A stretch of DNA of 64,000 nt. Origin: Amphiscolops sp. MND2022. Taxonomy: Eukaryota. Both the position numbers and the translations under genes were made by a program. The notes beneath the pieces were generated by a model. The model made no database searches, was not told where the DNA came from, and worked only from the letters and a program-made list of their open reading frames with translations. Every line of letters starts with the position of its first letter. The stretch's first letter is position 1. This document shows, piece after piece, positions 12,097-26,362 of this stretch. Location: assembly GCA_964187785.1 (NCBI GenBank), contig OZ076409.1:75022001-75086000 (forward strand), read 5' to 3'.

Positions 12097-13384
12097 CTAG
12101 GTGCCGGGATTTCTATTCGTTCGAGTATGTGGCGCGTGTGGGTAGGGCCCCTGGCGCGCTCTTGTGTTTGGGGGTTTCCTACTTCTAAATCACGTTCAGA
12201 TTTCCGGGATCTCGTAAACTATCCATACGATTTGGCTGAAATTTGGCACACGTACCCCCCTCGGCACGGTGAAGATGATTTCCTACTGACGTTTTTCCCG
12301 CTAAACATTTTTTGTTGACCAAAATAACGGTTTTTGGTGGAAAATTTTTGATTTTTTTTAAATTTTATCCTATATCTCGCCACGGGTCCACGCTAGCGCT
12401 TCCAAACCTTGCTGACGAAACCTCGCGAATTGTCTCAGGAATGCTGTGTGAAATTTTCAGCTCAATCGGACTTAAACTCGGGGAGATATAGCGTTTTTCC
12501 GGAGCGGGGGGGTTTCATTTTTCTAACGGTCCAGCTTATCTTTGCCATTTTTTCGAAAATGCACTCGCCTAAAGGCCTCCCCTGGCCGGTTTTACTCCCA
12601 AAAAAACCATTTGGCCCTAAATACGGAGTTTCAGCGTTCTAGCATTCCGGGGCGAAAAGTTGTGGTACTTAGTAAATTTCAAAAATTTTCAAAAATTTTT
12701 TTTTCGTTATTTGGGCCCCCAAAGTGGGGGAAAAGACCCCCCAACCAGTAATTTGAGTGAATTCATGTGGAAAGGCCATGTTTAGCGGCGAAAAATGCTT
12801 TTTAGATCGTCTTTTTATTTTAACCTGTTGTTGACTTATGTTGTTTTGAAGGTGATGTTTGGATGTGTGAAGCATGTGAAAAGGTAATTTTTTGTGTCTT
12901 TATCTCTTCTAAAAGCCATTGAGATGCAATCTGTTTTGCTCAAAACGTAATTCAATGCAATTCGGCAGTCAATGAACACAATTTGGTGTCTTTTGTTATA
13001 TTTTTCTGTTGATATAATAAAAAATTTTGTGTCTTTATTAATTTTTTTTGAATAAAATAACTTGAAACAGTTGAGTACATTCCATCCCCCCCTTCCGGGG
13101 GAGATGGAAATGTACTCGCTAAAAGCCGCGAACAAGAGCCCATACCTTCCTGCGCTACGCAGTATAAAGATTGCATGTTGGTTCCGACTTTTTGGTAGTG
13201 TTATATCTTGGTAATTTGACTGAATATGGAGAAAAATCAGCAAGTGCTCTTTTATAGCAAATTGCTGACAACGACAATTTTTTTATATCAACGCCCCCAT
13301 ATTTATCAACGCCCCCCGTCCGTGGGCATGCCGAGGCATGCCCTTCGACGACGTATACCAAAATATGCGTTAGCGCGGTAGCCG
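12097..13384 (+). repeat. Monomer with a near-identical dispersed twin at 59104-60390
   Basis: Shared private variants (GTGGTACTTAGTAAA, H2 arm GATGGAAATGTACTC, AAGCCGCGAACAAGAGCCC). The neighbours differ on both sides. Confidence 0.9.
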
Positions 13385-16300
13385 CTAGGTGCCGGGATTT
13401 CCATTCGATAAGGAATTCTGCGCGTGTGGGTAGGGCCCCTGGCGCGCTCCTGTGTTTTCGGTTTTCCTACTCCTAAATAGACCCCCTGAATTCCGGGATC
13501 TCCTAAACTATCCATACGATTTGGCTGAAATTTGGCACACGTACCCCCCTCGGCACGGTGAAGATGATTTCCTACTGACGTTTTTCCCGCTAAACATTTT
13601 TTGTTGACCAAAATAACGGTTTTTGGGGTAAAATTTTGAACTTTTTTTAAATTTCATCTTATATCTCGCCACCGGTACACGCTAGCGCTTCCAAACCTTG
13701 CTGACGAAAGTTTGCAAACTGTCTCAGGAATGCTGTGTGAAATTTTCAGCTCAATCGGACTTAAACTCGAGGAGATATAGCGTTTTCCCGGAGCGGGGGG
13801 GTTTCAATTTTCTAACGGTCCAGCTTATCTTTGCCATTTTTTCGAAAATGCACTCGCCTAAAGGCCTCCCCTGGCCGGTTTTATTCCCAACAAAACCATT
13901 TGGCCCTAAATACGGAGTTTCAGCGTTCCAGCATTCCCGGGCGAAAAGTTGTGGGACTTAGAAAAGTTCAAAAATTTTCAAAAAAAATTTTTTCCGTTAT
14001 TTGGGCCCTCAAAGTGGGGGAAAAGACCCCCCAACCAGTAAAGCAAGTGAATGCATGTGGAAAGCCCTTGTTTAGACGAGAAAAATGCCGTCTAGAACGT
14101 CTTTTTATCTTAACTTGACATTGACTTTTGTCGTTTTGAAGGTGACCGTTAGATACGGAAAATTGATGTTTTGAGTATTTATCCCATCTGAAAGCCATTG
14201 AGATACAACATGTTTTGCTCAAAACGTGTTTCATTGCAGTTTCGCTGTCCATTATCACCCTTTGGTGTCTTTTCACGTAATTTTCGTTTCTATAATAACA
14301 ATTTTTTTGTGTATTTATTCATTTTATTCTCATCAAATAACTTGAAACAGTTGAGTACATTCCATCTCCCTTCCCGGGGGAGATGAGAATGTACTCGCTA
14401 AAGGTCAGGAACTACGGTCTATATCTTCCACAACACAAATGGGATTGCAAATGGTTTCAGTTTGTCGCAGAAAACTTCTTTTTGCCCTCTGTGACTCGAC
14501 AAAATGAACGTTTCTTACTTACTTTGAAACTCAGCATACCACAACTCATCTCTAACGTCAGCGCCCCCCTTATTGCATCAACGCCCACCGTCCGTGGGCA
14601 TGCCGAGGCATGCCCTTCGACGACGTATACCAAGATATACCTGGAGCGCGGTAGCCGCTAGGTGCCGGTGTTTTTTTACACAATGGGGGAAGTTGCGCGT
14701 GTGGGGAGGGTCCCTGACGCGCTTCCGTGGTATCGGGTCTTTCAACCGATGAAAACGACATAAAAAATTGGGATCTCGTAAACTAGCCATACGATTTGGC
14801 TGAAATTTGGCACACGTACCCCCCTCGGCACGGTGAAGATGATTCCCTACTGACGTTTTTCCCGCTAAACATTTTTTGTTGACCAAAATAACGGTTTTTG
14901 GGGTAAAATTTTCAACTTTTTTTAAATTTCATCTTATATCTCGCCACGGGTACACGCTAGCGCTTCCAAACCTTGCTGACGAAAGTTTGCAAACTGTCTC
15001 AGGAATGCTGTGTGAAATTTTCAGCTCAATCGGACTCAAACTCGGGGAAATATAGCGTTTTTCCGGAGCGGGGGGGTTTCATTTTTCTAACGGTCCAGCT
15101 TATCTTTGCCATTTTTTCGAAAATGCACTCGCCTAAAGGCCTCCCCTGGCCGGTTTTATTCCCAGCAAAACCATTTGGCCCTAAATACGGAGTTTCAGCG
15201 TTCCAGCATTCCCGGGCGAAAAGTTGTGGGACTTAGAAAATTTCAAAAATTTTCAAAAAAATTTTTTTCCGTCATTTGGGCCCCCAAAGTGGGGGAAAAG
15301 ACCCCCCAACCAGTAAGGCAAGTGAATGCATGTGCAAAGCCCTTGTTTAGAGGAGAAAAATGCCGTTTAGAACGTCTTTTTATCTTGGCTCAACGTTGAC
15401 TTATGACGTTTTGAAGGTGATGTTTGGAGGTGTAAAGCACGTGAATAGTAAACGTTATGAGTATTTATCTGATCTGAAAGCCATTGAGATGCAATATGGT
15501 TTGCTCAAAACGTAATTCATGGCAGTTTGGCAATCAATAAACACCCTTTGTTGTCGTTTGACATACTTTTTTGTTGTTATAATAAAAAATTTTGTGTATT
15601 TATTCATTTTTTTCTCATCAAATAACTTGAAACAGTTGAGTACATTCCATCCCCCCTTCCGGGGGAGATGAGAATGTACTCGCAAAAAGCACCGAACTAC
15701 GGCCCTTACCTTCCCGAGCTACGCAGTATAAGGATTACATATTGGTTCCGACATTTTCATAGAGTTAAATCTTGGTAATCTGTCTGGATATGCAGAAAAA
15801 CCAGCACGTGCTTTTTTATACCAAGTTGCTTACAACGACAATTATTTTATATCAACGCCCCCATATTTATCAACGCCCCCCGTCCGTGGGCATGCCGAGG
15901 CATGCCCTTCGACGACGTATACCAAGATATGTTCGAGCGCGTTAGCCTAGGTGCCGGGATTTCTATTCGATAAAGTATGTGGCGCGTGTGGGTAGGGTCC
16001 CTGGCGCGCTCTTGGGTATGGTGTTCACCAGCTAGGAAATAGGGGTCGATTTTTCGGGATCTCCTAAACTAGCCACACGATTTGGCTGAAATTTGGCACA
16101 CGTACTCCCCTCGGCACGGTGAAGATGATTTCCTACTGACGTTTTTCCCGCAAAATTTTTTTTGTTGTCCAAAATAACGGTTTTTGGGGTAAAATTTTGA
16201 ATTTTTTTTAAATTTTATCTTATATCTCGCCACGGGTTTACGCTAGCGCTTCAAAACCCTGCTAAAGAAAGCTTGCAAACTGTCTCAGGAATGCTGTGTG

Positions 16301-18519
16301 AAATTTTCAGCTCAATCGGACTCGAACTCAGGGAGATATAGCGTTTTTCCGGAGCGGGGGGGTTTCATTTTTCTAACGGTCCAGCTTATCTTTGCCATTT
16401 TTTCGAAAATGCACTCGCCTAAAGGCCTCCCCTGGCCGGTTTTATTCCCAGCAAAACCATTTGGCCCTAAATATGGAGTTTCAGCGTTCCAGCATTCCCG
16501 GGCGAAAAGTTGTGGGACTTAGAAAAGTTCAAAAATTTTCAAAAATTTTTTTTTCCGTTTTTTGGGCCCCCAAAGTGGGGGAAAAGACCCCCCAACCAGT
16601 AAGGCAAGTGAATGCATGTGCAAAGCCCTTGTTTAGAGGAGAAAAATGCCGTTTAGAACGTCTTTTTATCTTGGCTCAACGTTGACTTATGACGTTTTGA
16701 AGGTGATGTTTGGAGGTGTAAAGCACGTGAATAGTAAACGTTATGAGTATTTATCTGATCTGAAAGCCATTGAGATGCAATATGGTTTGCTCAAAACGTA
16801 ATCCATGGCAGTTTGGCAATCAATCAACACCCTTTGTTGTCGTTTGACATACTTTTTTGTTGTTATAATAAAAAATTTTGTGTATTTATTCATTTTTTAC
16901 TCATCAAATAACTTGAAACAGTTGAGTACATTCCATCCCCCCCTTCCGGGGGAGATGAGAATGTACTCGCAAAAAGCCCCAAACTACGGCCCTTGCCTTC
17001 CTGAGCTACGCAGTATAAAGATTGCATATTGGTTCCGACATTTTCATAGAGTTAAATCTTGGTAATCTGTCTGGATATGCAGAAAAACCAGCACGTGCTT
17101 TTTTATACCAAGTTGCTTACAACGACAATTATTTTATATCAACGCCCCCATATTTATCAACGCCCCCCGTCCGTGGGCATGCCGAGGCATGCCCTTCGAC
17201 GACGTATACCAAGATATGTTCGAGCGCGTTAGCCTAGGTGCCGGGATTTCCATTCGATAAGGAATTCTGCGCGTGTGGGTAGGGCCCCTGGCGCGCTCCT
17301 GTGTTTTCGGTTTTCCTACTCCAAATTCACACCCCAGTTATCTCCGATCTCGTAAACTATCCATACGATTTGGCTGAAATTTGGCACACGTACCCCCCTC
17401 GGCACGGTGAAGATGATTTCCTACTGACGTTTTTCCCGCTAAACATTTTTTGTTGACCAAAATAACGGTTTTTGGGGTAAAATTTTCAACTTTTTTTAAA
17501 TTTTATCTTATATCTCGCCACGGGTACACGCTAGCGCTTCCAAACCTTGCTGACGAAAGTTTGCAAACTGTCTCAGGAATGCTGTGTGAAATTTTCAGCT
17601 CAATCGGACTTAAACTCGAGGAGATATAGCGTTTTTCCGGAGCGGGGGGGTTTCATTTTTCTAACGGTCCAGCTTATCTTTGCCATTTTTTCGAAAATGC
17701 ACTCGCCTAAAGGCCTCCCCTGGCCGGTTTTATTCCCAGCAAAACCATTTGGCCCTAAATACGGAGTTTCAGCGTTCCAGCATTCCCGGGCGAAAAGTTG
17801 TGGGACTTAGAAAATTTCAAAAATTTTCAAAAATTTTTTTTCCGTTATTTGGGCCCCCAAAGTGGGGGAAAAGACCCCCCAACCAGTAGAGCAAGTGAAT
17901 GCATGTGCAAAGCCCTTGTTTAGAGGAGAAAAATGCCGTTTAGAACGTCTTTTTATCTTGGCTCAACGTTGACTTATGACGTTTTGAAGGTGATGTTTGG
18001 AGGTGTAAATCACGTGAATAGTAAACGTTATGAGTATTTATCTGATCTGAAAGCCATTGAGATGCAATATGGTTTGCTCAAAACGTAATTCATGGCAGTT
18101 TGGCAATCAATCAACACCCTTTGTTGTCGTTTGACATACTTTTTTGTTGTTATAATGAAAATTTTGTGTATTTGTTCATTTTTTTCTCATCAAATAACTT
18201 GAAACAGTTGAGTACATTCCATCCCCCCTTCCGGGGGAGATGAGAATGTACTCGCAAAAAGCAGCGAATTACGGCCCTTACCTTCCCGAGCTACGCAGTA
18301 TAAGGATTACATATTGGTTCCGACATTTTCATAGAGTTAAATCTTGGTAATCTGTCTGGATATGCAGAAAAATCAGCACGTGCCTTTTAATACCAAGTTG
18401 CTCACAACGACAATTATTTTATATCAACGCCCCCATATTTATCAACGCCCCCCGTCCGTGGGCATGCCGAGGCATGCCCTTCGACGACGTATACCAAGAT
18501 ATACATCGAGCGCGTTAGC

Positions 18520-19800
18520 CTAGGTGGCCGGGAATTTTTTTTTCCACATAAATCTTTGCCACTGGGGTAGGGGCCCCGAGTGGCTGTTGTTCGGTTTACT
18601 TCCCATAGGATTTGCCCGCTGCGGAGACGATCTCAGAAACTAGCCATACGATTTGGCTCAAACTTGGCACAGAGCCTCCTTGAAAGATTATAAGAACTTT
18701 TTCCTAGTGGCGTTTTTCGATTGAAATATTTTATGTTGACCAAAATTGCGTTCAAAGTGTCCATTGTTGCGTAATTTTTGTCTTTTTCAACTTTGATGGT
18801 CCATAACTTTTTTTGAGATGCCCGGAGCGGGTCGCACGTGGTGAACAATATTGCTGGGCACTTCAAGAGCTGTCCGTAGACAAATTTGCGTCCAGATTGG
18901 AAAAAAATTGATGGAGTAATAGCCGCAAATCGCACACATTTTGTCGAATTTTTTCGAAACCCTAGTCTATCTCTGCCGTTTTTTGCCCAGATTTTTTTCC
19001 AGGACCTCTCCTAGAGGCCTCCCCTGGCCGGTTTACCTCCCAGAAAAACCATTTGGCCCTAAATACGGAGTTTCAGCATTCCAGTATTCCCCGGGTAAAA
19101 GATAAATGACTTAGAATTTTTTCAAAAATTTTTCAAATTTTTTTTTTCAACTTCAAGCCTCCCAAAGTCAAGAAACGTTCATACAACTAGTATTGCAAGT
19201 GGATGCATGTGGAAAGTGCTTGAATAGACAAGAAAAATGAGCTATTATAAACCTCTGTAGCTTAACCTGACGTTGACTTATGACAATTTTAGTAAGAGCT
19301 TCCTATGTGAGAAAAAATTTCAAAAAGTGAAAATTGAATCTAAGTCTCATCCAAAACTCATCGGAATACGTTCAATTCACACCAGAGCGGTTCAATTCCA
19401 GTTGTATAGTGCAGCAACACCATTCAAGGTCTTTTGGTCCATTTTTATAACTTTTGACACCGTCTTGTTCATCCGATAGCACAAAACAGTTGAGTACATT
19501 CCATCTCCCCCCTTGTGGGGGAGATGAGAATGTACTCGCTAAAAGTCAGGTACTATAGCGCCCATTTTGTTTTATTCGACGCTAGTGATGCTATTGCACA
19601 CGAATACAATAGTTTTGTCAAATCATGTTTGACATGATGAATCTTACTTTACCTTTAGTTTACGTTTACCTACTACTACAACATCGCAGCCCTAACGTCA
19701 ACGCCACACACTCTCACTAACGCCCACTGTCCGTGGGCATGCCGAGGCATGCCCTTCGACGACGTATGCCAAATAGCGCCACAGGGCGCAAACTTGTCCG
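18520..19800 (+). repeat. Monomer with a near-identical dispersed twin at 33708-34989
   Basis: Same A, B, C and D segments. The spurious ORFs 18633-18935/33821-34123 and 19273-19479/34462-34668 match. The neighbours differ. Confidence 0.9.
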
Positions 19801-22800
19801 CTAGGTGCCGGGATTTCTATTCGATAAAGTATGTGGCGCGTGTGGGTAGGGTCCCTGGCGCGCTCTTGGGTATGGTGTTCACCAGCTAGGAAATAGGGGT
19901 CGATTTTTCGGGATCTCGTAAACTAGCCACACGATTTGGCTGAAATTTGGCACACGTACTCCCCTCGGCACGGTGAAGATGATTTCCTACTGACGTTTTT
20001 CCCGCAAAATTTTTTTTGTTGTCCAAAATAACGGTTTTTGGGGTAAAATTTTGAATTTTTTTTAAATTTTATCTTATATCTCGCCACCGGTTTAGGCTAG
20101 CGCTTCAAAACCCTGCTAAAGAAAGCTTGCAAACTGTCTCAGGAATGCGGTGTGAAATTTTCAGCTCAATCGGACTTAAACTCGGGGAGATATAGCGTTT
20201 TTCCGGAGCGGGGGGGTTTCATTTTTCTAACGGTCCAGCTTATCTTAGCCATTTTTTCGAAAATGTACTCGCCTAAAGACCTCCCCTGGCCGGTTTTATT
20301 CCCAGCAAAACCATTTGGCCCTAAATACGGAGTTTCAGCGTTCCAGCATTCCCGGGCGAAAAGTTGTGGGACTTAGAAAAATTCAAAAATTTTCAAAAAA
20401 ATTTTTTTCCGTTTTCCGCCCTCCCCCCCTAGGGGAAAAGACCCCCCAACCAGTAATTTGAGTGAATTCATGTGGAAAGGCCATGTTTAGACGAAAAAAT
20501 TGCCGTTTAGAACGTCTTTATATCTCAACCTGACATTGACTTATGAAGCTTTAAAGGTGATGTTTGGACGTGTGAAGCATGTAAAAAAAGGAATTTTTTT
20601 GATTTTATTTCATCAGAAAGTCATTGAATCACACGCTGTGAAGCCCAGAGCGTGGTTTCTAATAGTTTGGTATCGTTTAAACGCATTTTGGTGTCTTTTT
20701 ACTCTGTTTAAAAAACTTTTCTCCTGAAAATTAATAAATTTTGATTACTTTTCTTACTTTCCATTAATTTTTTTTTCTTATATTTTTACTTGAAACAGTT
20801 GAGTACATTCCATCTCCCTTCCCGGGGGAGATGAGAATGTACTCGCAAAAAGCCGCGAACTACGGCCCATACCTTCCCGAGATACGCAGTATAAAGATAA
20901 CATAATGGTCCAGACATTTTAATGGAGTTGTATCTTGGTAATATGTCTGGATTTGCAGAAAAATCAGCACGTGCCATTTTATACCAAGTTGCTCGCAACG
21001 ACAATTAATTTAAATCAACGCCCCCCACAAAAATCAACGCCCCCCGTCCGTGGGCATGCCGAGGCATGCCCTTCGACGACGTGCACCAAAATATGCCCCG
21101 AGCGCGTTAGCAGCTAGGTGCCCGGATTTCTATTCATTAAAGTATGTTGCGCGTGTGGGTAGGGCCCCGTGGCGCGCTCTTGTGTCCCTGTTTTAAAATC
21201 TGCAATTTCCGGCTGCTTTCGGAGCGATTTTCTAAACTATCCATACGATTCGGCTGAAATTTGGCATGTGAGTTCCTATGACAGTTCTAAGAAACATTTC
21301 CTACTGGCGTTTTGCCCGGAAAATTTTTTTTGTTGACTTATAACGGTTTTTTTGGCCAAAAAATGCAATTTTTTCAAAAATTTTTTTTTTCGGAGCCCAT
21401 ATCTTTTTTCAGGGTGCCCGGAGCGGGACGCGTTAAACTGATTATAAACTCTACGGTTCATGGGCTTTACGGAGAACCTAGGCTCGTTTCGATCGGACAA
21501 ATAGTCTTGGAGATATAACGGCATTTTTTGGGAATTTTTTGGAAATTTTTGTAACGGTCTAGCTTATCTTTGCCATTTTTTCGAAAATGTACTCGCCTAA
21601 AGGCCTCCCCTGGCCGGTTTTATTCCCAGCAAAACCATTTGGCCCTAAATACGGAGTTTCAGCGTTCCAGCATTCCCGGGCGAAAAGTTGTGGGACTTGG
21701 AAAAATTTCAAAATTTTTCAAAAAAATTTTTTCCGTTTTCCGCCCTCCCCCCCGAGGGGAAAAGACCTCCCAACCAGTAATTTGAGTGAATTCATGTGGA
21801 AAGGCCATGTTTAGAGGAGAAAAATGCCGTTTAGATCGTCTTTTTATTTTAACCTGTCGTTGACTTATGTTGTTTTGAAGGTGATGTTTGGATGTGTGAA
21901 GCATGTGAAAAGGTAATTTATTGTGTCTTTAGCTCTTCTAAAAGTCATTGAGATACACGGTGTGTGACTCAGAACGTGTTTAATTCTAATTTAGCAATGC
22001 ATCAACACTTTTTTGTGTCTTTTGACTCTGTTTTAAAAAATTTTTCCGACTAAAATCAAAAATTATTTATAATTATTCTTATTTTTTTTCTGATCTCATG
22101 ACTCGAAACAGTTGAGTACATTCCATCTCCCTTCACGGGGGAGATGAGAATGTACTCTTTAGAGACCAGGTACTACAGTACTTACCTTCCCCGAGCAACG
22201 CCCCATAAAAATTGCGTTTTGATCCAGATATTTTGACATACATTTATCTTTGTAATTTGACTGGAAATGAAGAAAATGCCGCACGTGCTCTTTTATATCA
22301 AGTATCTTAACAACGCCATCTCTTTTACGTCAACGCCCCATAGTTCACATCAACGCCCACCGTCCGTGGGCATGCCGAGGCATGCCCTTCGACGACCCGC
22401 ACCAAAATATGCTCCCAAGCGCGTTAGCCTAGGTGCCGGTGTATTTTTACACAATGGGGGATGTTGCGCGTGTGGGGAGGGTCCCTGACGCGCTTCCGTG
22501 GTTTCGGGTCTTCTAACCTATGATAGCGTGACACCTGACTTCGATCTCGTAAAATAGCCGTACGATTTGGCTGAAATTTGGCACACGTACCCCCCTCGGC
22601 ACGGTGAAGATGATTTCCTACTGACGTTTTTCCCGCTAAACATTTTTTGTTGACCAAAATAACGGTTTTTGGGGTAAAATTTTGAATTTTTTTTAAATTT
22701 CATCTTATATCTCGCCACGGGTACACGCTAGCGCTTCCAAACCTTGCTGACGAAAGCTTGCAAACTGTCTCAGAAATGCGGTGTGAAATTTTCAGCTCAA

Positions 22801-24542
22801 TTGGACTTAAACTCGGGGAGATATAGCGTTTTTCCGGAGCGGGGGGGTTTCATTTTTCTAACGGTCCAGCTTATCTTTGCCATTTTTTCGAAAATGCACT
22901 CGCCTAAAGGCCTCCCCTGGCCGGTTTTATTCCCAGCAAAACCATTTGGCCCTAAATACGGAGTTTCAGCGTTCCAGCATTCCCGGGCGAAAAGTTGTGG
23001 GACTTAGAAAAGTTCAAAAATTTTCAAAAAAAATTTTTCCGTTATTTGGGCCCTCAAAGTGGGGGAAAAGACCCCCCAACCAGTAAAGCAAGTGAATGCA
23101 TGTGGAAAGCCCTTGTTTAGACGAGAAAATGCCGTTTAGAACGTCTTTTTATCTTAACTTGACATTGACTTTTGTCGTTTTGAAGGTGACCGTTAGATAC
23201 GGAAAATTGATGTTTTGAGTATTTATCCCATCTGAAAGCCATTGAGATACAACATGTTTTGCTCAAAACGTGTTTCATTGCAGTTTCGCTGTCCATTATC
23301 ACCCTTTGGTGTCTTTTCACGTAATTTTCGTTTCTATAATAACAATTTTTTTGTGTATTTATTCATTTTTTTCTCATCAAATAACTTGAAACAGTTGAGT
23401 ACATTCCATCTCCCTTCCCGGGGGAGATGAGAATGTACTCGCTAAAGGTCAGGAACTACGGTCTATATCTTCCACAACACAAAAGGGATTGCAAATGGTT
23501 TCAGTTTGTCGCAGAAAACTTCTTTTTGCCCTCTGTGACTCGACAAAATGAACGTTTCTTACTTACTTTGAAACTCAGCATACCACAACTCATCTCTAAC
23601 GTCAGCGCCCCCCTACTTGCATCAACGCCCACCGTCCGTGGGCATGCCGAGGCATGCCCTTCGACGACGTATACCAAGATATACCTGGAGCGCGGTAGCC
23701 GCTAGGTGGTCGGGGCGGTCCCCAGAACGCACAAGGAGGCGCGGGGAGGGTCCTGCGCCGACGTAGAATAATTTCATATAATACTAGTATCCTACATGGG
23801 TGTTTTAGAGGCGATTTTGGAATCTAACCGTAGGATTTGGATAATTTTTTGCATGCGGCCATAACTCGAAATTCTAAGAACTTTTTCCTTCTGTCATTTT
23901 CCCCGCAAATTGTTTTTTGTTGACTTATGGCCGAAAAACCGGAAATAACGTCCTTTTTAGACGTTATATCCGAAGTGTCGTCATAACTTTTTTCCAGGGC
24001 ATGCTAGCGTTCTCGTTCACTTTTACACTTAGTTGCAGCATCTCAAAATACAACTGGTGGAAAATTTTAGTTGCATTCGGATCACCCCCCACCGAGATAG
24101 AAGGGTTCCCCCCTCCAGTTTTACCCCCCAAATTTGCAAAATAGCCAATTTTGAGCATGAAGCCGAGGATTTAGCGTACCCGCACCCTCCTGATGTTTTG
24201 TTGTACGTATTGGGGTCAATCTGACGACATGTGTGGTTTTCACCCCCAACCCCCCCTTGGACAGGAAATGACACTTTTTTGTGTTTTTTGGCAGAATTTA
24301 GCCTTTTTCATTATTAGGCAGTCGTTTTAGGGACTCCTAGCAGGATATCGAAACTGAAATACGACCTGATCACAACCCAGTGACAACATGTTGGCCACTT
24401 GGAGGTATCATCATGACCGGAAGTGGGGTCAACCCCCCTTTTTGTGACCGCTTTTTGACATTGTGCACCAAAATGCCAACATCTTGAGGCCTAATGAGGC
24501 ATTCAAATCTGTACAAAGATAAAATGATAGACAACCGAAGTC

Positions 24543-24611
24543 CCGGAAGATCTTTAGCATATACCGGAAGTTACCCCCCATGACCGGAAGTTACCCAATG
24601 TGACCGGAAAT
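24543..24611 (+). promoter_or_regulatory. Phased CCGGAA (ACCGGAAGT, ETS-like or iteron-like) motif cluster
   Basis: CCGGAA starts at 24543, 24564, 24584 and 24604, with another ACCGGAAGT at 24416. The motifs are directly visible; a regulatory function is only inferred. Confidence 0.4.
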
Positions 24612-24741
24612 GGTCCAAAAATGGATGTAAAGTTGAATTTTTCACTATTTCAAGACCACTTAATTGAAACTTTTCAATCTCAAAACTAGCGTACTGGCTT
24701 GTTTTGCTGAATTTATGGAAATTGATGAGCTCTATCGCCCC

Positions 24742-24786
24742 CGATAGCCTTCGAAGTTGACCTTGCGTCAACTTTGGAGGCTATCG
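24742..24786 (+). other. H2': class-X-specific 45-nt hairpin (also 29597-29641, 33360-33404, 49835-49879)
   Basis: CGATAGCCTTCGAAGTTGAC-CTTGC-GTCAACTTTGGAGGCTATCG forms a 20-bp stem with two G.T wobbles on the + strand and a 5-nt loop. It is identical in all four copies. Confidence 0.92.
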
Positions 24787-26362
24787 ATAAAGAAAAATGA
24801 ACAACAAAGTACATTGTTGCTCTCGTTTTTTTCCCGTTGTTTTTCCTCAAACATTCTTGAGACATATACATGGCCGTTAGTTGAAATCAATATTTAGCCC
24901 ATGTTATAGCTGGAGCAGCGAAGCGTTACACAGACTAGTGTGGTTTTGAAATCACACTATTTAAATTAACAACTGACCGTCTTAGTCAACTCCACACATT
25001 CATACCAACGCCCACCGTCTGTGGGCATGCCGAGGCATGCCCTTCGACGACGTATGACGAATCCATTCCAACGACACCCGCAGTCCTCAGCTAGGTGCCG
25101 GGATTTCTATTCGATAAAGTATTTTGCGCGGTTGGGTAGGGCCCCGTGAGCGCGCCAGGGGATAGTGTTAGAACAACAAGGATTTGGGCATCAGTTGGGA
25201 GCGATTTTCTAAACTATCCGTACGATTTGGCTGAAATTTGGCATGAAGCTTCCTTGGAACATTCTAAGAACAAATCCCTACTGGCGTTTTGCTGGGAAAA
25301 ATCAAAAAGTTGGTCAAAAATGCGATTTTCCGACAAAATTTTTGACTTTTTTTTCTTTTTCAACTCATATCTCGCCACAGGGTTACGCTAGCGCTTCGCA
25401 ACCTATGATCGTGTTTTGTAGGGCGTTGTTTGTAGAACACGTATGCCAAATTTGGTGGCGATCGGACTTGAACTCAGCGAGTTAGAGCGATTTTTTAGGT
25501 GAATTTTTTGACATTTTTTGCATTTGCCGATTTATCTCTGCCGTTTTTGCCCAGATTTTTTTTGAGACCCTCTCCTAAAGACCTCCCCTGGCCGGTTTAC
25601 CTCCCAGCAAAACCATTATGGCCCTAAATACGAAGTTTCAGCGTTCTAGCAATCCCGGGCGAAAAGTTATGGGACTTAGAAAATTTTTTCGAAAACGCAA
25701 AATGTGTAAAGTCAACTTCAGGCCTCCCAAAGTCAAGGAACTTCCACACAACTAGTATTGCAAGTGAATGCATGTGGAAAGTACTCTAATAGACGAGGAC
25801 AATGCGCTATAGAACGACTCTGTAGCTTAACCTGACGTTGACTTATGGTGTTTTGAATGTGGGCTTGCTAAGGGGTCTGAAAATCAAAAATTGAAAATGG
25901 AAACTAAGTCTTATTGAAAACTCACCGGAATCCTTGCAATTGGCCCCAGGGCGTGCTCAATTGTAGTTTTCTATTCTGTCAACACCACTCAAGGTCTTTT
26001 GACTTATGTTGAAAAAATTGACACCGTATTATGTATCATTCATTCGATAGCACGAAACAGTTGAGTACATTCCATCTCCCTTTCGGGGGAGATGAGAATG
26101 TACTCGCTAAAGTCCAGGTACTACAGCCCATTTTTCTTTTGATGCAACGCTCTTTATGCTAGTGCGCACAAGTATTATTCTTTTAACAGAATTTTCTTTT
26201 TAACTGCAGTTTGACTTGGACTTGACATAAACTAAACGTTTTTGTCCCTACAACATACACATGACTAACGTCAACGCCCCATCCTTGCATCAACGCCCAC
26301 CGTCCGTGGGCATGCCGAGGCATGCCCTTCGACGACGTATGCCCTCACAATCGCGGTAGCCG

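Larger units (their letters stand above)
23702..25090 (+). repeat. Variant monomer class X (1389 bp), copy 1
   Basis: Begins CTAGGTGGTCGGGGCGGTCCCCAGAACGC. Lacks the central box and H2, carries hairpin H2' and the CCGGAA cluster, and ends in H1 plus the GACGAATCCA...CCTCAG tail. Confidence 0.93.
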
